Shown one piece after another: positions 20,581 through 30,018 of a DNA stretch of 64,000 nt (positions are counted from its first letter, which is position 1; each line of letters begins with the position of its first letter). Below the pieces are notes generated by a model, which searched no databases, was not told where the DNA came from, and was given only the letters and a program-made list of their open reading frames with translations. The stretch comes from Parcubacteria group bacterium GW2011_GWA2_42_14 (lineage in GTDB: Bacteria; Patescibacteriota; Minisyncoccia; Sungbacterales; GWA2-42-14): contig LCCV01000004.1 of the NCBI GenBank assembly GCA_000998135.1, positions 21,681 through 85,680 on the forward strand. The letters run 5' to 3'. The position numbers were made by a program, and so were the translations under genes.

Positions 20581-20646
20581 TAATTTATCACCTGTGCACA
20601 ACAGGTGTTTTTAATTTTTGGGGAATTGATACTATAATGGATAACA

Positions 20647-21291
20647 ATGAGCTGGTTAAAACAAAAACCATTATTCATAGTTTTTGAAGGCGGAGAGGGT
20701 TCGGGAAAAACCACCCAGACCCGTCTTTTATATACCAGCATGAAAAGAGCCGGCAGGATGGTTATGTATACGGATGAGCCCGGGGCAACGCTTAAGGGGT
20801 TTCAAATTCGTTCCATTCTTTTGGATAAAGATACCGAGCCCCTGGATTCTATGGCCGAATTTTTGCTTTTTGAAGCGGATAGGGCTCAGCACGTATCATT
20901 GATTTTGAAACCGGCGTTAGAAAAGGGAAGCGATATAGTATGCGACAGGTTTTCGCCTTCAACCTTTGCTTATCAGGGATACGCCCGCGGTCTTGAAGCA
21001 AAATATCTTTCAGAAATGAAGCGGGTGGATGCTATTGCCCGCCAAGGCCTTGAGCCGGATTTATACATTCTTCTTGATTTGGATCCAGCAAAAGGACTTC
21101 GCCGCATTAAGGGACAAAAAACCCGTTTTGAAGAAGAGCGGATTGATTTTCATAAAAAAATACGGCAAGGATTTTTAAAACAGGTTCGCCAAAGTCCGAG
21201 AAAATGGTTTATGGTTGACGCAACCAAGCCGATTGAAACGGTTCATGAAGAAATTTGGAAGAAAGTGGCCAAACTAATTTTGAAGAGTTAA
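20647..21291 (+). CDS. tmk: thymidylate kinase
   Basis: P-loop FIVFEGGEGSGKTTQ, a DRF/DR motif and an LID-region arginine. Confidence 0.85.
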   Translation: MSWLKQKPLFIVFEGGEGSGKTTQTRLLYTSMKRAGRMVMYTDEPGATLKGFQIRSILLDKDTEPLDSMAEFLLFEADRAQHVSLILKPALEKGSDIVCDRFSPSTFAYQGYARGLEAKYLSEMKRVDAIARQGLEPDLYILLDLDPAKGLRRIKGQKTRFEEERIDFHKKIRQGFLKQVRQSPRKWFMVDATKPIETVHEEIWKKVAKLILKS

Positions 21292-21332
21292 GTAAAAGGT
21301 CTTTAAGCCCTTTTTGTTTCAGAACCAGTATA

Positions 21333-21437
21333 GACCTTTTGCAAAATAAGGTTTATTCCCAAAATTTTATTCCCTGAGCCTGTCGAAGGGTAAAATTTTG
21401 GCTTAAAATCAAGGTATGTCTTCGACAAGCTCAGACA
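21333..21437. repeat. MITE-like repeat, family F4 (GACCTTTTGCAAAATAAGG ... CCTGAGCCTGTCGAAGGGTAA ... GGTATGTCTTCGACAAGCTCAG)
   Basis: Inverted repeats CTGAGCCTGTCGAAGG / CTTCGACAAGCTCAG. Other copies at 31021-31163 and 56984-57050, and a fragment at 58199-58222. Confidence 0.65.
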
Positions 21438-21472
21438 ATAATGAATAATAGTCTTATTTTGCAAAGGGTCTT

Positions 21473-23185
21473 ATGAATGATAAATATCCAATTGAAAAAT
21501 TCGCGCCCTTATTTCAGGCCGATGAATATTCGGCAGAAGAACGCTTGCTTCTTTCTCCTTTTTTCACCAATCTTGATAAATCGGTTTATGTTCCGCTTAT
21601 TTTAGCGCCCGAGCTTATCGGGGCCTTGTGTTCCAGAACCAGCCGCACGGCCGAAGACCTTCGTTTGATTTACCTGCGTGAGTTCGTGGATCCTTTTATA
21701 AATCCGGTGCGGGAAGAAAAGGATACGAATGCGTTGTGGGAAGAAAAAGTGAGTTACGGCAAAAACCTTAAGGCCTTCATTGAATTTCTCAAAGGCCATT
21801 CGGTTTTGGATATTTTTTCCAATCCCAAAGCCCGCGCCTTTTACATAAAGTGGCTTGCCGAATACGGCGATGATTCCATAGCCCAGATGGCGGGCGGCCA
21901 TTTGATTTTTTGGGGATTGTCGCAATTAGCTATCAAACATTTTGAGGGCCAGCGTATTGCTTTGGCGCCCATTGAAAAATCAACCCGCTATGTTGATTAT
22001 TCTAAAAAGATTAAAGGGCATTATTTGTATTATACTGACCCGACGTTCGAGGACCTGAACCTTAAAAATGATTATGAAATGGCTATGGACGGGCTTTTTG
22101 ATACTTATACCGCTCTTTTGCCGCGTTTGATTGAACGGCTGTCCAAAAAATATCCTGAAGAAAAACCGTATGTTTTGAAAGCAAAAGCATTTGATACCCT
22201 GCGCGGGCTTTTGCCTGTCTCAACCCTTTCCCAGGTTTCTTTTTTCGGAAACGGCCAGTCGTTTGAACACATGATCAGCCGGTCGCTTCGCCATTCATTG
22301 GGGGAAATAAGGTGGGCGGGGGAGAGGGCGCTGGAAGAATTAAATCAGATAACCCCTTCGTTTTTGCGAAGAGTAAAGGATGATGAGAAAAAAGCGATAG
22401 TTGGGGCGTATCAGGAATATTTAGCAAATAAAGGTAGGCGGGTAAAAGAATTCGTGCCGCGTTTATTTGAAGATAATTTGGTTTCCCCGATGCCGGATGC
22501 GGATGTAAAACTTGTTGAATATGACTCGGAAGGCGAATCTAAAATTATCGCGGGGATTCTGTATTCCAGCCCCAATAATCACCGAAGTTGGGATGAATTA
22601 TTAAGCAAGGTTTCGGGAGTGAGCAGAGAAGAAAGGCGGGCTATACTCGCGGCTTATTTGGACGGAAGAGCGCAAAGATGGCAGAAAGTCGGACGCGCTT
22701 TTGAAAACGCATACGTGAGATTTGAAATAACAATGAATATCGGAGCATGGCGCGATTTGCATCGCCACCGGATGCTTACGCAAATGCGCCAGAATTTTTC
22801 CTGTTTTCACGGCTATGATCTTCCCCAAGAAGTCATTGAGGCGGGGTTTGAAGCGGAGTTTCGAAAAGCGATTGAACGCGCCGAGAATGTTTTTTCCAAA
22901 ATATTTAAGCGCGATGAGGACTTGGCGCAATATGCGGCAACGTTTGCCCACCGCCTCCGTTTTATGCAATGGGAAAATTTGCGGGAGTGTTTCTGGGAAA
23001 TGGAACTTCGCACCATTCCCGAGGGCCATCCCGATTACCGCCATATTGAGCAGAAAAAATTCAAGCTTGTTGAAAAAATATATCCGCTTATTGCCGAGTA
23101 TATGCTTGTGAATATGGGAGAATATGATTTTGCCAGAAGGGGGCAGGAAGAAAAAATTCAGAAAAAAATGGAAAAGTTATTGTAG
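21473..23185 (+). CDS. thyX: FAD-dependent thymidylate synthase ThyX-like, long form
   Basis: RHR motif (WRDLHRHRMLTQMRQNFS) and adjacency to tmk. The 570-aa length resembles long-form ThyX. Confidence 0.5.
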   Translation: MNDKYPIEKFAPLFQADEYSAEERLLLSPFFTNLDKSVYVPLILAPELIGALCSRTSRTAEDLRLIYLREFVDPFINPVREEKDTNALWEEKVSYGKNLKAFIEFLKGHSVLDIFSNPKARAFYIKWLAEYGDDSIAQMAGGHLIFWGLSQLAIKHFEGQRIALAPIEKSTRYVDYSKKIKGHYLYYTDPTFEDLNLKNDYEMAMDGLFDTYTALLPRLIERLSKKYPEEKPYVLKAKAFDTLRGLLPVSTLSQVSFFGNGQSFEHMISRSLRHSLGEIRWAGERALEELNQITPSFLRRVKDDEKKAIVGAYQEYLANKGRRVKEFVPRLFEDNLVSPMPDADVKLVEYDSEGESKIIAGILYSSPNNHRSWDELLSKVSGVSREERRAILAAYLDGRAQRWQKVGRAFENAYVRFEITMNIGAWRDLHRHRMLTQMRQNFSCFHGYDLPQEVIEAGFEAEFRKAIERAENVFSKIFKRDEDLAQYAATFAHRLRFMQWENLRECFWEMELRTIPEGHPDYRHIEQKKFKLVEKIYPLIAEYMLVNMGEYDFARRGQEEKIQKKMEKLL

Positions 23186-23293
23186 AGGAACGGGCTTTAT
23201 TTTTGACAAGCTTGATATTATATGATACATAATTTTTAGATTCTTAACATATGCTCATTGCGGTTTTTAAGAAAAAAAGGGGGGTGATGCCGT

Positions 23294-24301
23294 ATGGCTA
23301 TAGTTGCCATTGATACTCAAAAATGCATTGAAGTTGCGCGGCACATCCGCGAAAATGGCGGAGTTCCGCCTGATAGAGAAGACCCGATGCTGTATTCTTT
23401 TCCTGTCGAAATTGTCCATAATGCCTGGTTTGCTATGGTGGGTATCAACCAGCAGACAACTCCTGTGGTTGGGCTAGCTCTTCGCGGTTCGGTAAACGGA
23501 GTTAAGCTTCGCGGGTGGGACTATCTTTTACAGAAAGCCATTTTTGCGTCAAATCAAAATTACGGCATGTTCAGCGTTGATTGGTTTTTGAATGTAACGC
23601 CGGATTCTCTACGGGCGCTATATCATGACCAAGAAGAAGGCGATACGCTCAATCAGGCGGAAGCGAGGGCAATGCTTTTGAATGACCTCGGCGCTTTTTT
23701 GAAAAGAAAAAAATGGGAAAGCATTCACGAAGCATATCTTGAATCAGGAGGATATCTTGTAAGAAGCGACGGCAAGGGCATTATTCAGGTTATTGCGGGA
23801 GCAAAAGCTTATCAGGATCCTGTTCAGAAAAAGGCCTATTATTTTTTGGCTATCATGAAAAACGAAGAATTATGGCGGTATAAGGATATTTTGAATCTTG
23901 GTCCGCCGGTTAATTATCACGAACAACGGCTGCATCTTCGTTTGGGCACTATAAAAATAATTGATGCTGAGTTTGAAAGAAAAATCCGCAATCGCGAAAA
24001 TATTACCGACCAGGAAGACATTGAAATCCGTTTTGCGGTCAGGCGCGTGATTGAATTTATATCCCAGCTTCTTGAAGCAACGCCGTCTTCCGAGCATTAC
24101 CAATTATGGAACCATGCGCGCAATTGTTGTAGTCGTGATAATCCTCATTGCGCCGGTTGCGGGTCCGGATGCAAACTTCCCGAACGTTATCGTGTTTCGG
24201 GAGTTGTTCAATGCCTTTTTGCTCCGGTTTGTAAAAGCGCGGGACTTGGACTAAAGAATATACTTATTGAGCCGCGGCTTGATGATACGATTTGGCAGTA
24301 A
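23294..24301 (+). CDS. hypothetical protein with a C-terminal Cys cluster
   Basis: CCSRDNPHCAGCGSGC near the C-terminus suggests a metal or Fe-S site. Otherwise unassigned. Confidence 0.4.
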   Translation: MAIVAIDTQKCIEVARHIRENGGVPPDREDPMLYSFPVEIVHNAWFAMVGINQQTTPVVGLALRGSVNGVKLRGWDYLLQKAIFASNQNYGMFSVDWFLNVTPDSLRALYHDQEEGDTLNQAEARAMLLNDLGAFLKRKKWESIHEAYLESGGYLVRSDGKGIIQVIAGAKAYQDPVQKKAYYFLAIMKNEELWRYKDILNLGPPVNYHEQRLHLRLGTIKIIDAEFERKIRNRENITDQEDIEIRFAVRRVIEFISQLLEATPSSEHYQLWNHARNCCSRDNPHCAGCGSGCKLPERYRVSGVVQCLFAPVCKSAGLGLKNILIEPRLDDTIWQ

Positions 24302-24310
24302 GTAGAATTA

Positions 24311-24338
24311 TATCGGCAGAAAAAAATGCCGATTTTTT
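24311..24338. terminator. intrinsic terminator
   Basis: ATCGGCAG-AAAAAAA-TGCCGAT followed by TTTTTTT. Confidence 0.55.
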
Positions 24339-24477
24339 TGTGGATAACTTCTTGTCTTTTTTTTGCATCTATGATACTTCTTAAATTGCGGTCTTTGACG
24401 ATCGCAACATAATAAAAGCTCTAATCTCGGCCAAACCCAAAGCTGCAAAAAGCAGCTCGGCTAAAGGAGAAAAAACC

Positions 24478-25161
24478 ATGCCTTATGTTCCCAGCGAAAA
24501 AACAGTTCCGCCGGCAGAGGATAGAAAGATTCTTGACCCGGTTATTGAAGTTTTGGCAAAAGATGCGGCATCAAAGATAACCGACAATTCGTCTTTGATT
24601 CCTCTGTACAAAAACATCTTTTGTGAGGTAGCTTGTGAACTTTGGTTTTTATTGGATGGCGAAGCTACTTCCCATATTGGTCCCGCGAGGCATCTTGCTA
24701 GAACCATTTATGATGTAGCTAAAAAATATGGCTATTGGGGAGCGCATCAAGGCGAATTAAATTATTCAATTACTCGTTTTATCCAGCGCGTTCCGCAAAT
24801 TATGGTTGAACAAAAAAAATGGCTTGAAAAAGATGAACTTCGGTATTGGGTTTACGCTTCGACTACTGATGCTTTAATATCTGCCTCTCGGCATACGGAA
24901 GATTTGGGAATCGGTGTAAGTGGGGTTTTTGAAGATATTAAAGATGAATATAAGTGGAAAGTGAACCGGCCGTATGAGATTGCGCAGGTTATAAAGAGCG
25001 GCGATTGTTATGATGCGCCATATTATATGCGGATCGTTGAAATTGTAGATGAGGATGGAAGGCGTGTAAGTTATTTGGAAATTCCTTTACCACGAAGTGA
25101 TGAAACGCTTCATAAAGACGTTCTTGATTATGAATTGGTTTTGAGGAAAAAAACCAAATAA
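24478..25161 (+). CDS. hypothetical protein
   Basis: 227 aa, preceded by an aaaggag RBS. Confidence 0.4.
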   Translation: MPYVPSEKTVPPAEDRKILDPVIEVLAKDAASKITDNSSLIPLYKNIFCEVACELWFLLDGEATSHIGPARHLARTIYDVAKKYGYWGAHQGELNYSITRFIQRVPQIMVEQKKWLEKDELRYWVYASTTDALISASRHTEDLGIGVSGVFEDIKDEYKWKVNRPYEIAQVIKSGDCYDAPYYMRIVEIVDEDGRRVSYLEIPLPRSDETLHKDVLDYELVLRKKTK

Positions 25162-25175
25162 TTTTTTAGCGATAT

Positions 25176-25203
25176 GCCGCGTAAATTTTACGCGGTTTTT
25201 TTG
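25176..25203. terminator. intrinsic terminator
   Basis: CCGCGTAAATTTTACGCGG hairpin followed by TTTTTTT. Confidence 0.55.
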
Positions 25204-25346
25204 TTGTTTATCCAAAAAAATTTAAGGCATGAACTAAAATTAACACAGTCGGCAACGTTTTTTTGCAAAATTAGTTAAGGTCTGTTACTATGTATTGTAG
25301 ATATAGAGATTGTGAATTGTGTTATGAAATGCAGTTTTTACTCGTT

Positions 25347-25376
25347 TCATAATTCATAATTCATAATTCATAATTC
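25347..25376. repeat. heptamer tandem repeat (CATAATT)x4 abutting the GTG start of the next gene
   Basis: Read directly. Confidence 0.8.
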
Positions 25377-25802
25377 GTGAAAAGTGTGGTAATTTGCGGT
25401 TCACAACGATACAAAGAGGAAATTAAAAAATTTGCCAACCGGCTTAGGGAATTAGGCGTGCCTATTGTTTTTGAGCCGAATTTTGAGCGGCAACGGAAAA
25501 AAATGCTTGCGAAAGCCGAAAAAGAGCGATTGAAAATTAAATCATATAGAGACAGGGTACCCGCAATGGTGCATGAGCATTTTGATAGAATAAGAAAAGC
25601 AGATGTTGGATACTTCTATAATAAAAACGGTTATTTAGGAGTTAATTCAACGCTGGAACTCGGATTTGCCCACGGGAAAAATATGGTTATATACGCCCTT
25701 GAACCGGAAAGGGAGGTTGCCGAAGGAGGAGAAATCTGCCGTGATATTCTTTATACGGAAATAATTGAAACGCCGGAAGAATTAGTGAAGCGATTAATTT
25801 GA
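25377..25802 (+). CDS. nucleoside 2-deoxyribosyltransferase / DNPH1(Rcl)-like protein, paralog A
   Basis: Flavodoxin-like pattern: VVICGSQRY ... FYNKNGYLGVNSTLELGFAHGK (the conserved ...GT.(F)ELG.A.. glutamate motif) ... IYAL. GTG start. Paralogous to 27569-28027. Confidence 0.5.
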   Translation: MKSVVICGSQRYKEEIKKFANRLRELGVPIVFEPNFERQRKKMLAKAEKERLKIKSYRDRVPAMVHEHFDRIRKADVGYFYNKNGYLGVNSTLELGFAHGKNMVIYALEPEREVAEGGEICRDILYTEIIETPEELVKRLI

Positions 25803-25958
25803 CTCGCCACAAATACACTAATGACCACTAATTACACAAATACGTATTCGTGACATTCGTGAAATTTTCGTGTATTGGTGTCGATTAATTTTTGACTTTT
25901 AAAATATTCAGCGCTACTGATAAAGTAGCTCATTTTTAATTAATGAAGGCAAAGAAGT

Positions 25959-26474
25959 ATGTCTAAAATTTGCGATAACAAAAGCGCGGGCATTATTGTA
26001 CGGAAAAACGGCAGTATTTTGATGATTGAGCGAAAAAGATATCCTTTTGGTTTTGCTTTGCCCGCGGGACATCAGGACGGGGATACGCCCGAAAAAACCG
26101 CGGCTAAAGAATTGTCGGAAGAAACGGGATTGATTGCTGATAAATTGGAAAAAAAGCTGGAAATGTTTTTTAAGAATCCATGCAGGCGTGAAGGGTGAAC
26201 ACATCACGATTGGACGATTTTTGAGGCGAGCCGCTGGCATGGCGTTTTAAGGCCCTCGGACGAAGAAACCAAAAAAGTTTTTTGGGCCGATAACCTGGCG
26301 ATTTCCGGCCAGACAGCGCGATTTAAAGAATTTATGGGTAAAATCGGCATGGCGGTTGATTCTGAAAAGTTGCCGGAAATGACAAAATTGTTCAGTGAAA
26401 ATGAGTTATGGAAAGAAAATCCGGGTCTTGAGCCGGTAATGTATTTTTTGTTTAAGGAATTGGGAATTATTTAG
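25959..26474 (+). pseudogene. MutT-like Nudix hydrolase interrupted by an in-frame TGA at 26196-26198
   Basis: Nudix box GHQDGDTPEKTAAKELSEETGL. After the stop the same frame continues THHDWTIFEASRWHGVL..., a match to the MutT 'RHITLWFWLVERWEG' region. Confidence 0.6.
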
Positions 26475-26674
26475 GCGTAGAAATTTTAGGGCCCGGCCTT
26501 GATTTAAAAAGGCCGGGCCTTGTTTTTTGGGCGATTCCAATTTACGAATATCACACAAATGGCTCTAATATTTATTCGAGTCATTTGAGTTAATTTGGGT
26601 ATTAGAGTCGCTTTTTTGACTTTTTAATTTGATGATGCTACTTAATTGGTAAGCTCTTTGAAAGGAGGTATCCT

Positions 26675-27433
26675 GTGTCATACAAAAAGATTTTCCAGTA
26701 TCTTGACCGTGAGCAAAAAAATAATATTTTTAAATTGCTGAAAAAACATAAGAAAAGTTTGAAAAAGATTTTTATTGTAGTGTTTTATTCCATCGGTTCA
26801 ATACAGAATAAATATCAGGAGCGGCCCGGAGATAAAGGAAGGAACGGTGATTATGGGAGACGGTGGCGACAGGCCTTAGATAGATTGGTTGAAGCGAGGC
26901 AAGAAGAACTCATTAAATCCAGTGTTTTATTGGTTCATATTGACCCTACGAAACTTGATGTGATAGTTGCCAAAAAATCAATGCGAATTCTTCAGCCTCA
27001 GCTTAGGTCATTGCAAAAACAATTAAAGCTGGACCAGCTTCACAAGGCATTCAGCCCTATTAAGAAAAAAGAGTTGGAAGTGCTTTTGATGCGTGAAAAA
27101 AATATATTGGTTGTCGGCTGGATTCATTTGGCGGAAATGTATGTTTCCGGCGGCTCGGCCCAAGAAGTGATTGTGGCGGAATTGTTCGGAGTTCCCCTGT
27201 ATTTGAATTCTTCCGAAGATGTGGTGCAAAATTATAAATCCCGCCATGTTCTTGACAGTATTGCCGCAAGTAAAAAAGATGTGGTTAAGAGCCGCAATAT
27301 ATTTTATAACGCGGAAGACACTTTAAATAAGATTATTAAAGATATACCGCGTATCCGCCGGGAAAGAAGCATTCCGGCGCTGGGAAAGCTTTTTGTATAC
27401 GCGTGGAACAGAAAAATGACGGCTTTGAAATAG
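26675..27433 (+). CDS. hypothetical protein
   Basis: 252 aa, basic N-terminus. No domain recognised. Confidence 0.4.
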   Translation: MSYKKIFQYLDREQKNNIFKLLKKHKKSLKKIFIVVFYSIGSIQNKYQERPGDKGRNGDYGRRWRQALDRLVEARQEELIKSSVLLVHIDPTKLDVIVAKKSMRILQPQLRSLQKQLKLDQLHKAFSPIKKKELEVLLMREKNILVVGWIHLAEMYVSGGSAQEVIVAELFGVPLYLNSSEDVVQNYKSRHVLDSIAASKKDVVKSRNIFYNAEDTLNKIIKDIPRIRRERSIPALGKLFVYAWNRKMTALK

Positions 27434-27568
27434 TTGCAAAAAACGCTCGTAATTCTGCGGGCTTTTTTTATTGAATGGAGTGTGATATGCTTTAGAGACA
27501 AGTGACATGGGACATGCGACAAGGAAAATTAAACCCTTGTCTCCTGTCTCTTGTTTCATGTCGCTAAG

Positions 27569-28027
27569 ATGAAAAGCATTGTATTCTGTTCCAGTCAAAG
27601 ATTTAAGAAAGAGATGCGCGAATTTATTTTTGATTTGCGGAAATTATCCCAAGAAAAAGGGGCGCATCTTGTAATTTTTGACCCGGAATTTGAAGAGAAT
27701 CATGACTCGCTTAATTCCCTGCATGAAAAAGACAGGATGCGGAATGAAGAATATAAAAATACCGTTGCCGGAAGAGTTTATGACCATTTGTTCAGAAAAG
27801 TCCGGGTGGCGGATGTTTGTTTCATTTTTAACAAAGACGGGTATCTTGGCGCCAACACCAACGGCGAACTTTTTGCCGCGGCCGCTTTGGGAAAAACAAT
27901 TTATGCTTTGCACGAAAAAACTATGATGGGTCACTATCCGAATGATTTGTATGAGGAGCCGTCATCAAGAAAGCTGATTCATGAAGTTGTGGAAACGCCG
28001 GAGGAGTTGTGGAAAAGAATGGTTTAA
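27569..28027 (+). CDS. nucleoside 2-deoxyribosyltransferase / DNPH1(Rcl)-like protein, paralog B
   Basis: MKSIVFCSSQRF ... FNKDGYLGANTNGELFAAAALGK ... IYALHE ... TPEELWKR. Colinear with paralog A. Confidence 0.5.
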   Translation: MKSIVFCSSQRFKKEMREFIFDLRKLSQEKGAHLVIFDPEFEENHDSLNSLHEKDRMRNEEYKNTVAGRVYDHLFRKVRVADVCFIFNKDGYLGANTNGELFAAAALGKTIYALHEKTMMGHYPNDLYEEPSSRKLIHEVVETPEELWKRMV

Positions 28028-28310
28028 TAGTTTTATGTCTTGATAGTATAATGGCTGTATTAGGTCTTTGAAAAGGAAAAAATATCATGCCGCCGCCGCA
28101 ATTTTATATTCAATGGATAATAGCCATGGTTGGAGTTTTAATCGGCGGTATTGGCACTGGTTTGATTTTTCAAGGGTATTTAATTTTGGGGTTGGTGGTT
28201 GGCGCGATAGGATTGTTGATTTTTAATAAAGCATTAAGGCGTTCATAAAGAACGCTTTTTTTATTGGTTTTTTTATGGTATTTTAATAATGAGGATTAAG
28301 TTATATTAGT

Positions 28311-28390
28311 TGTCATCCTGAGGCCGTAGAGGCCGAAGGATCTCTTATTCGATTATTTTTTAGAGATTCTTCGCTTCGCTCAGAATGACG
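28311..28390. repeat. MITE-like repeat, family F3 (CGTCATTCTGAGG ... GAAGAATCTC ... GAGATTCTTC ... TCAGAATGACG)
   Basis: Nested inverted repeats. Other copies at 42337-42429 and 44187-44269. Confidence 0.6.
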
Positions 28391-29968
28391 TCAGAAAAAT
28401 TGGCAACCTATGCGCCAGTAATCGGCCTAGAAATTCACGCTGAACTAAACACCAAAACCAAGATGTTTTGCGATTCTTTGAATGACCCGGATGAAAAACA
28501 TCCCAATCTTAACATTTGTCCTGTTTGCATGGGGCATCCCGGAACTCTGCCCGTCATCAATCAGGAAGCGGTAAAAAAAGTAATTCAGGTGGGTTTGGCG
28601 CTGGGAGGAGAAATTCCGGAATTTTCGCAATTTGACAGGAAGAATTATTTTTATCCGGATTTGCCCAAGGGGTATCAGATTTCGCAATATAAGTATCCGC
28701 TTGTTCAAGGCGGAGTTTTAGAGATTGGCGGCAAGAAGATTCGCATTACCCGAATCCATCTTGAAGAAGATGCCGGGCGGCTTATTCATGAAGGAGGCCC
28801 TTCGACAAGCCCAGGGCGACAAGCTTCGCTTGTTGACTTTAATCGCGCGGGGCGGCCTCTTATGGAACTCGTAACCGAGCCGGATTTAAGAAGTGGAGAA
28901 GATGTTCGTGTTTTTGGGGAAAAGCTTCAGCAGATTTTGCGGTATGTCGGGGCTTCAAACGCTGACATGGAGAAAGGCGAAATGAGGGTTGAAGTGAATA
29001 TATCACTTCGACAAATCCCAAATCCCAAATCCCAAATCCCGAATAAATCCGAAATTCAAAATTCAAATGACCCAAACACCTTCGGTACTAAAGTAGAAAT
29101 TAAGAATATAAACTCATTCAAATACGCGGAGGATGCGGTGAATTATGAAATTAAAAGGCAGACGGAAATTCTTGAAAGCGGAGGGAAAATTGTTCAGGAA
29201 ACAAGAGGGTGGAATGAACGAAAGGGCGAGTCATTTTCCCAACGTTCTAAAGAAGAATCTCATGATTATCGCTATTTCCCCGAGCCGGATTTGCCCCCCT
29301 TGAATATTTCCCGTGAATTAGTTGAGGAATTAAAAGGTTCATTGCGTGAATTGCCGGAAGCAAAAAAATTAAGATTTATTGATGAATATGGTATTGACGC
29401 AAAACTGGCGGAAATAATTGTGCGTGAAAAAGCGTTGGCGGATTATTTTGAAAGCGTTGTTTCGGAAGTTAAAGAATGGGAAGCTTCTACTCCAGAAACG
29501 ATTAAGGTCCAACCTTCCGCGGGAGGTCAGACCCTGAACCTTGCTCGTCTGGCAGCCAATTTTATAACTGGCGATTTTTTGAAACTTTTGCATGAAACTT
29601 CGGCATCTGTTTCGGAAACCTTGATTACTCCTGAAAATTTCGGCGAATTTTTAACATACTTGGCCGAAGACAAAATTTCTTCAGCCGGCGCCAAAATAGT
29701 TTTTGAAGAAATGTTTAGGACGGGTGCTGACCCTTCGGAAATTATCCGCGATAAAAATATGCTGCAGGTAAAAGATAGTTCGGAACTGGAAGCAATAATT
29801 AAAAAAATTATTGAAGCCAACCCCAAACCGGTTGATGACTATAAAAAAGGTGCCCAAAATTCTTTGCAATTTTTGATGGGACAGGTAATGAAAGAAACAA
29901 AAGGGCGGGCTAACCCAAAAATGGTTCAGGACCTGATTCAAAAATTTATTGAAGTCAGACTTCCATAG
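28385..29968 (+). CDS. gatB: amidotransferase subunit B
   Basis: YAPVIGLEIHAELNTKTKMFC..., and a C-terminal GatB/YqeY-type domain. Contains a repeat-derived in-frame insert (29012-29068). Confidence 0.9.
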   Translation: MTSEKLATYAPVIGLEIHAELNTKTKMFCDSLNDPDEKHPNLNICPVCMGHPGTLPVINQEAVKKVIQVGLALGGEIPEFSQFDRKNYFYPDLPKGYQISQYKYPLVQGGVLEIGGKKIRITRIHLEEDAGRLIHEGGPSTSPGRQASLVDFNRAGRPLMELVTEPDLRSGEDVRVFGEKLQQILRYVGASNADMEKGEMRVEVNISLRQIPNPKSQIPNKSEIQNSNDPNTFGTKVEIKNINSFKYAEDAVNYEIKRQTEILESGGKIVQETRGWNERKGESFSQRSKEESHDYRYFPEPDLPPLNISRELVEELKGSLRELPEAKKLRFIDEYGIDAKLAEIIVREKALADYFESVVSEVKEWEASTPETIKVQPSAGGQTLNLARLAANFITGDFLKLLHETSASVSETLITPENFGEFLTYLAEDKISSAGAKIVFEEMFRTGADPSEIIRDKNMLQVKDSSELEAIIKKIIEANPKPVDDYKKGAQNSLQFLMGQVMKETKGRANPKMVQDLIQKFIEVRLP

Positions 29969-30018
29969 GTTGCCAGGGAAGTCGGACTTTCATAGTTCTA
30001 CAATAATAAGAAAATTTT

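Noticed and set aside
26196-26198. Alternative genetic code (UGA as Gly, code 25) to explain the in-frame TGA in the Nudix gene
   Set aside because: ligA, gatA and gyrB terminate at TGA with conserved C-termini. UGA is therefore a stop in this genome.
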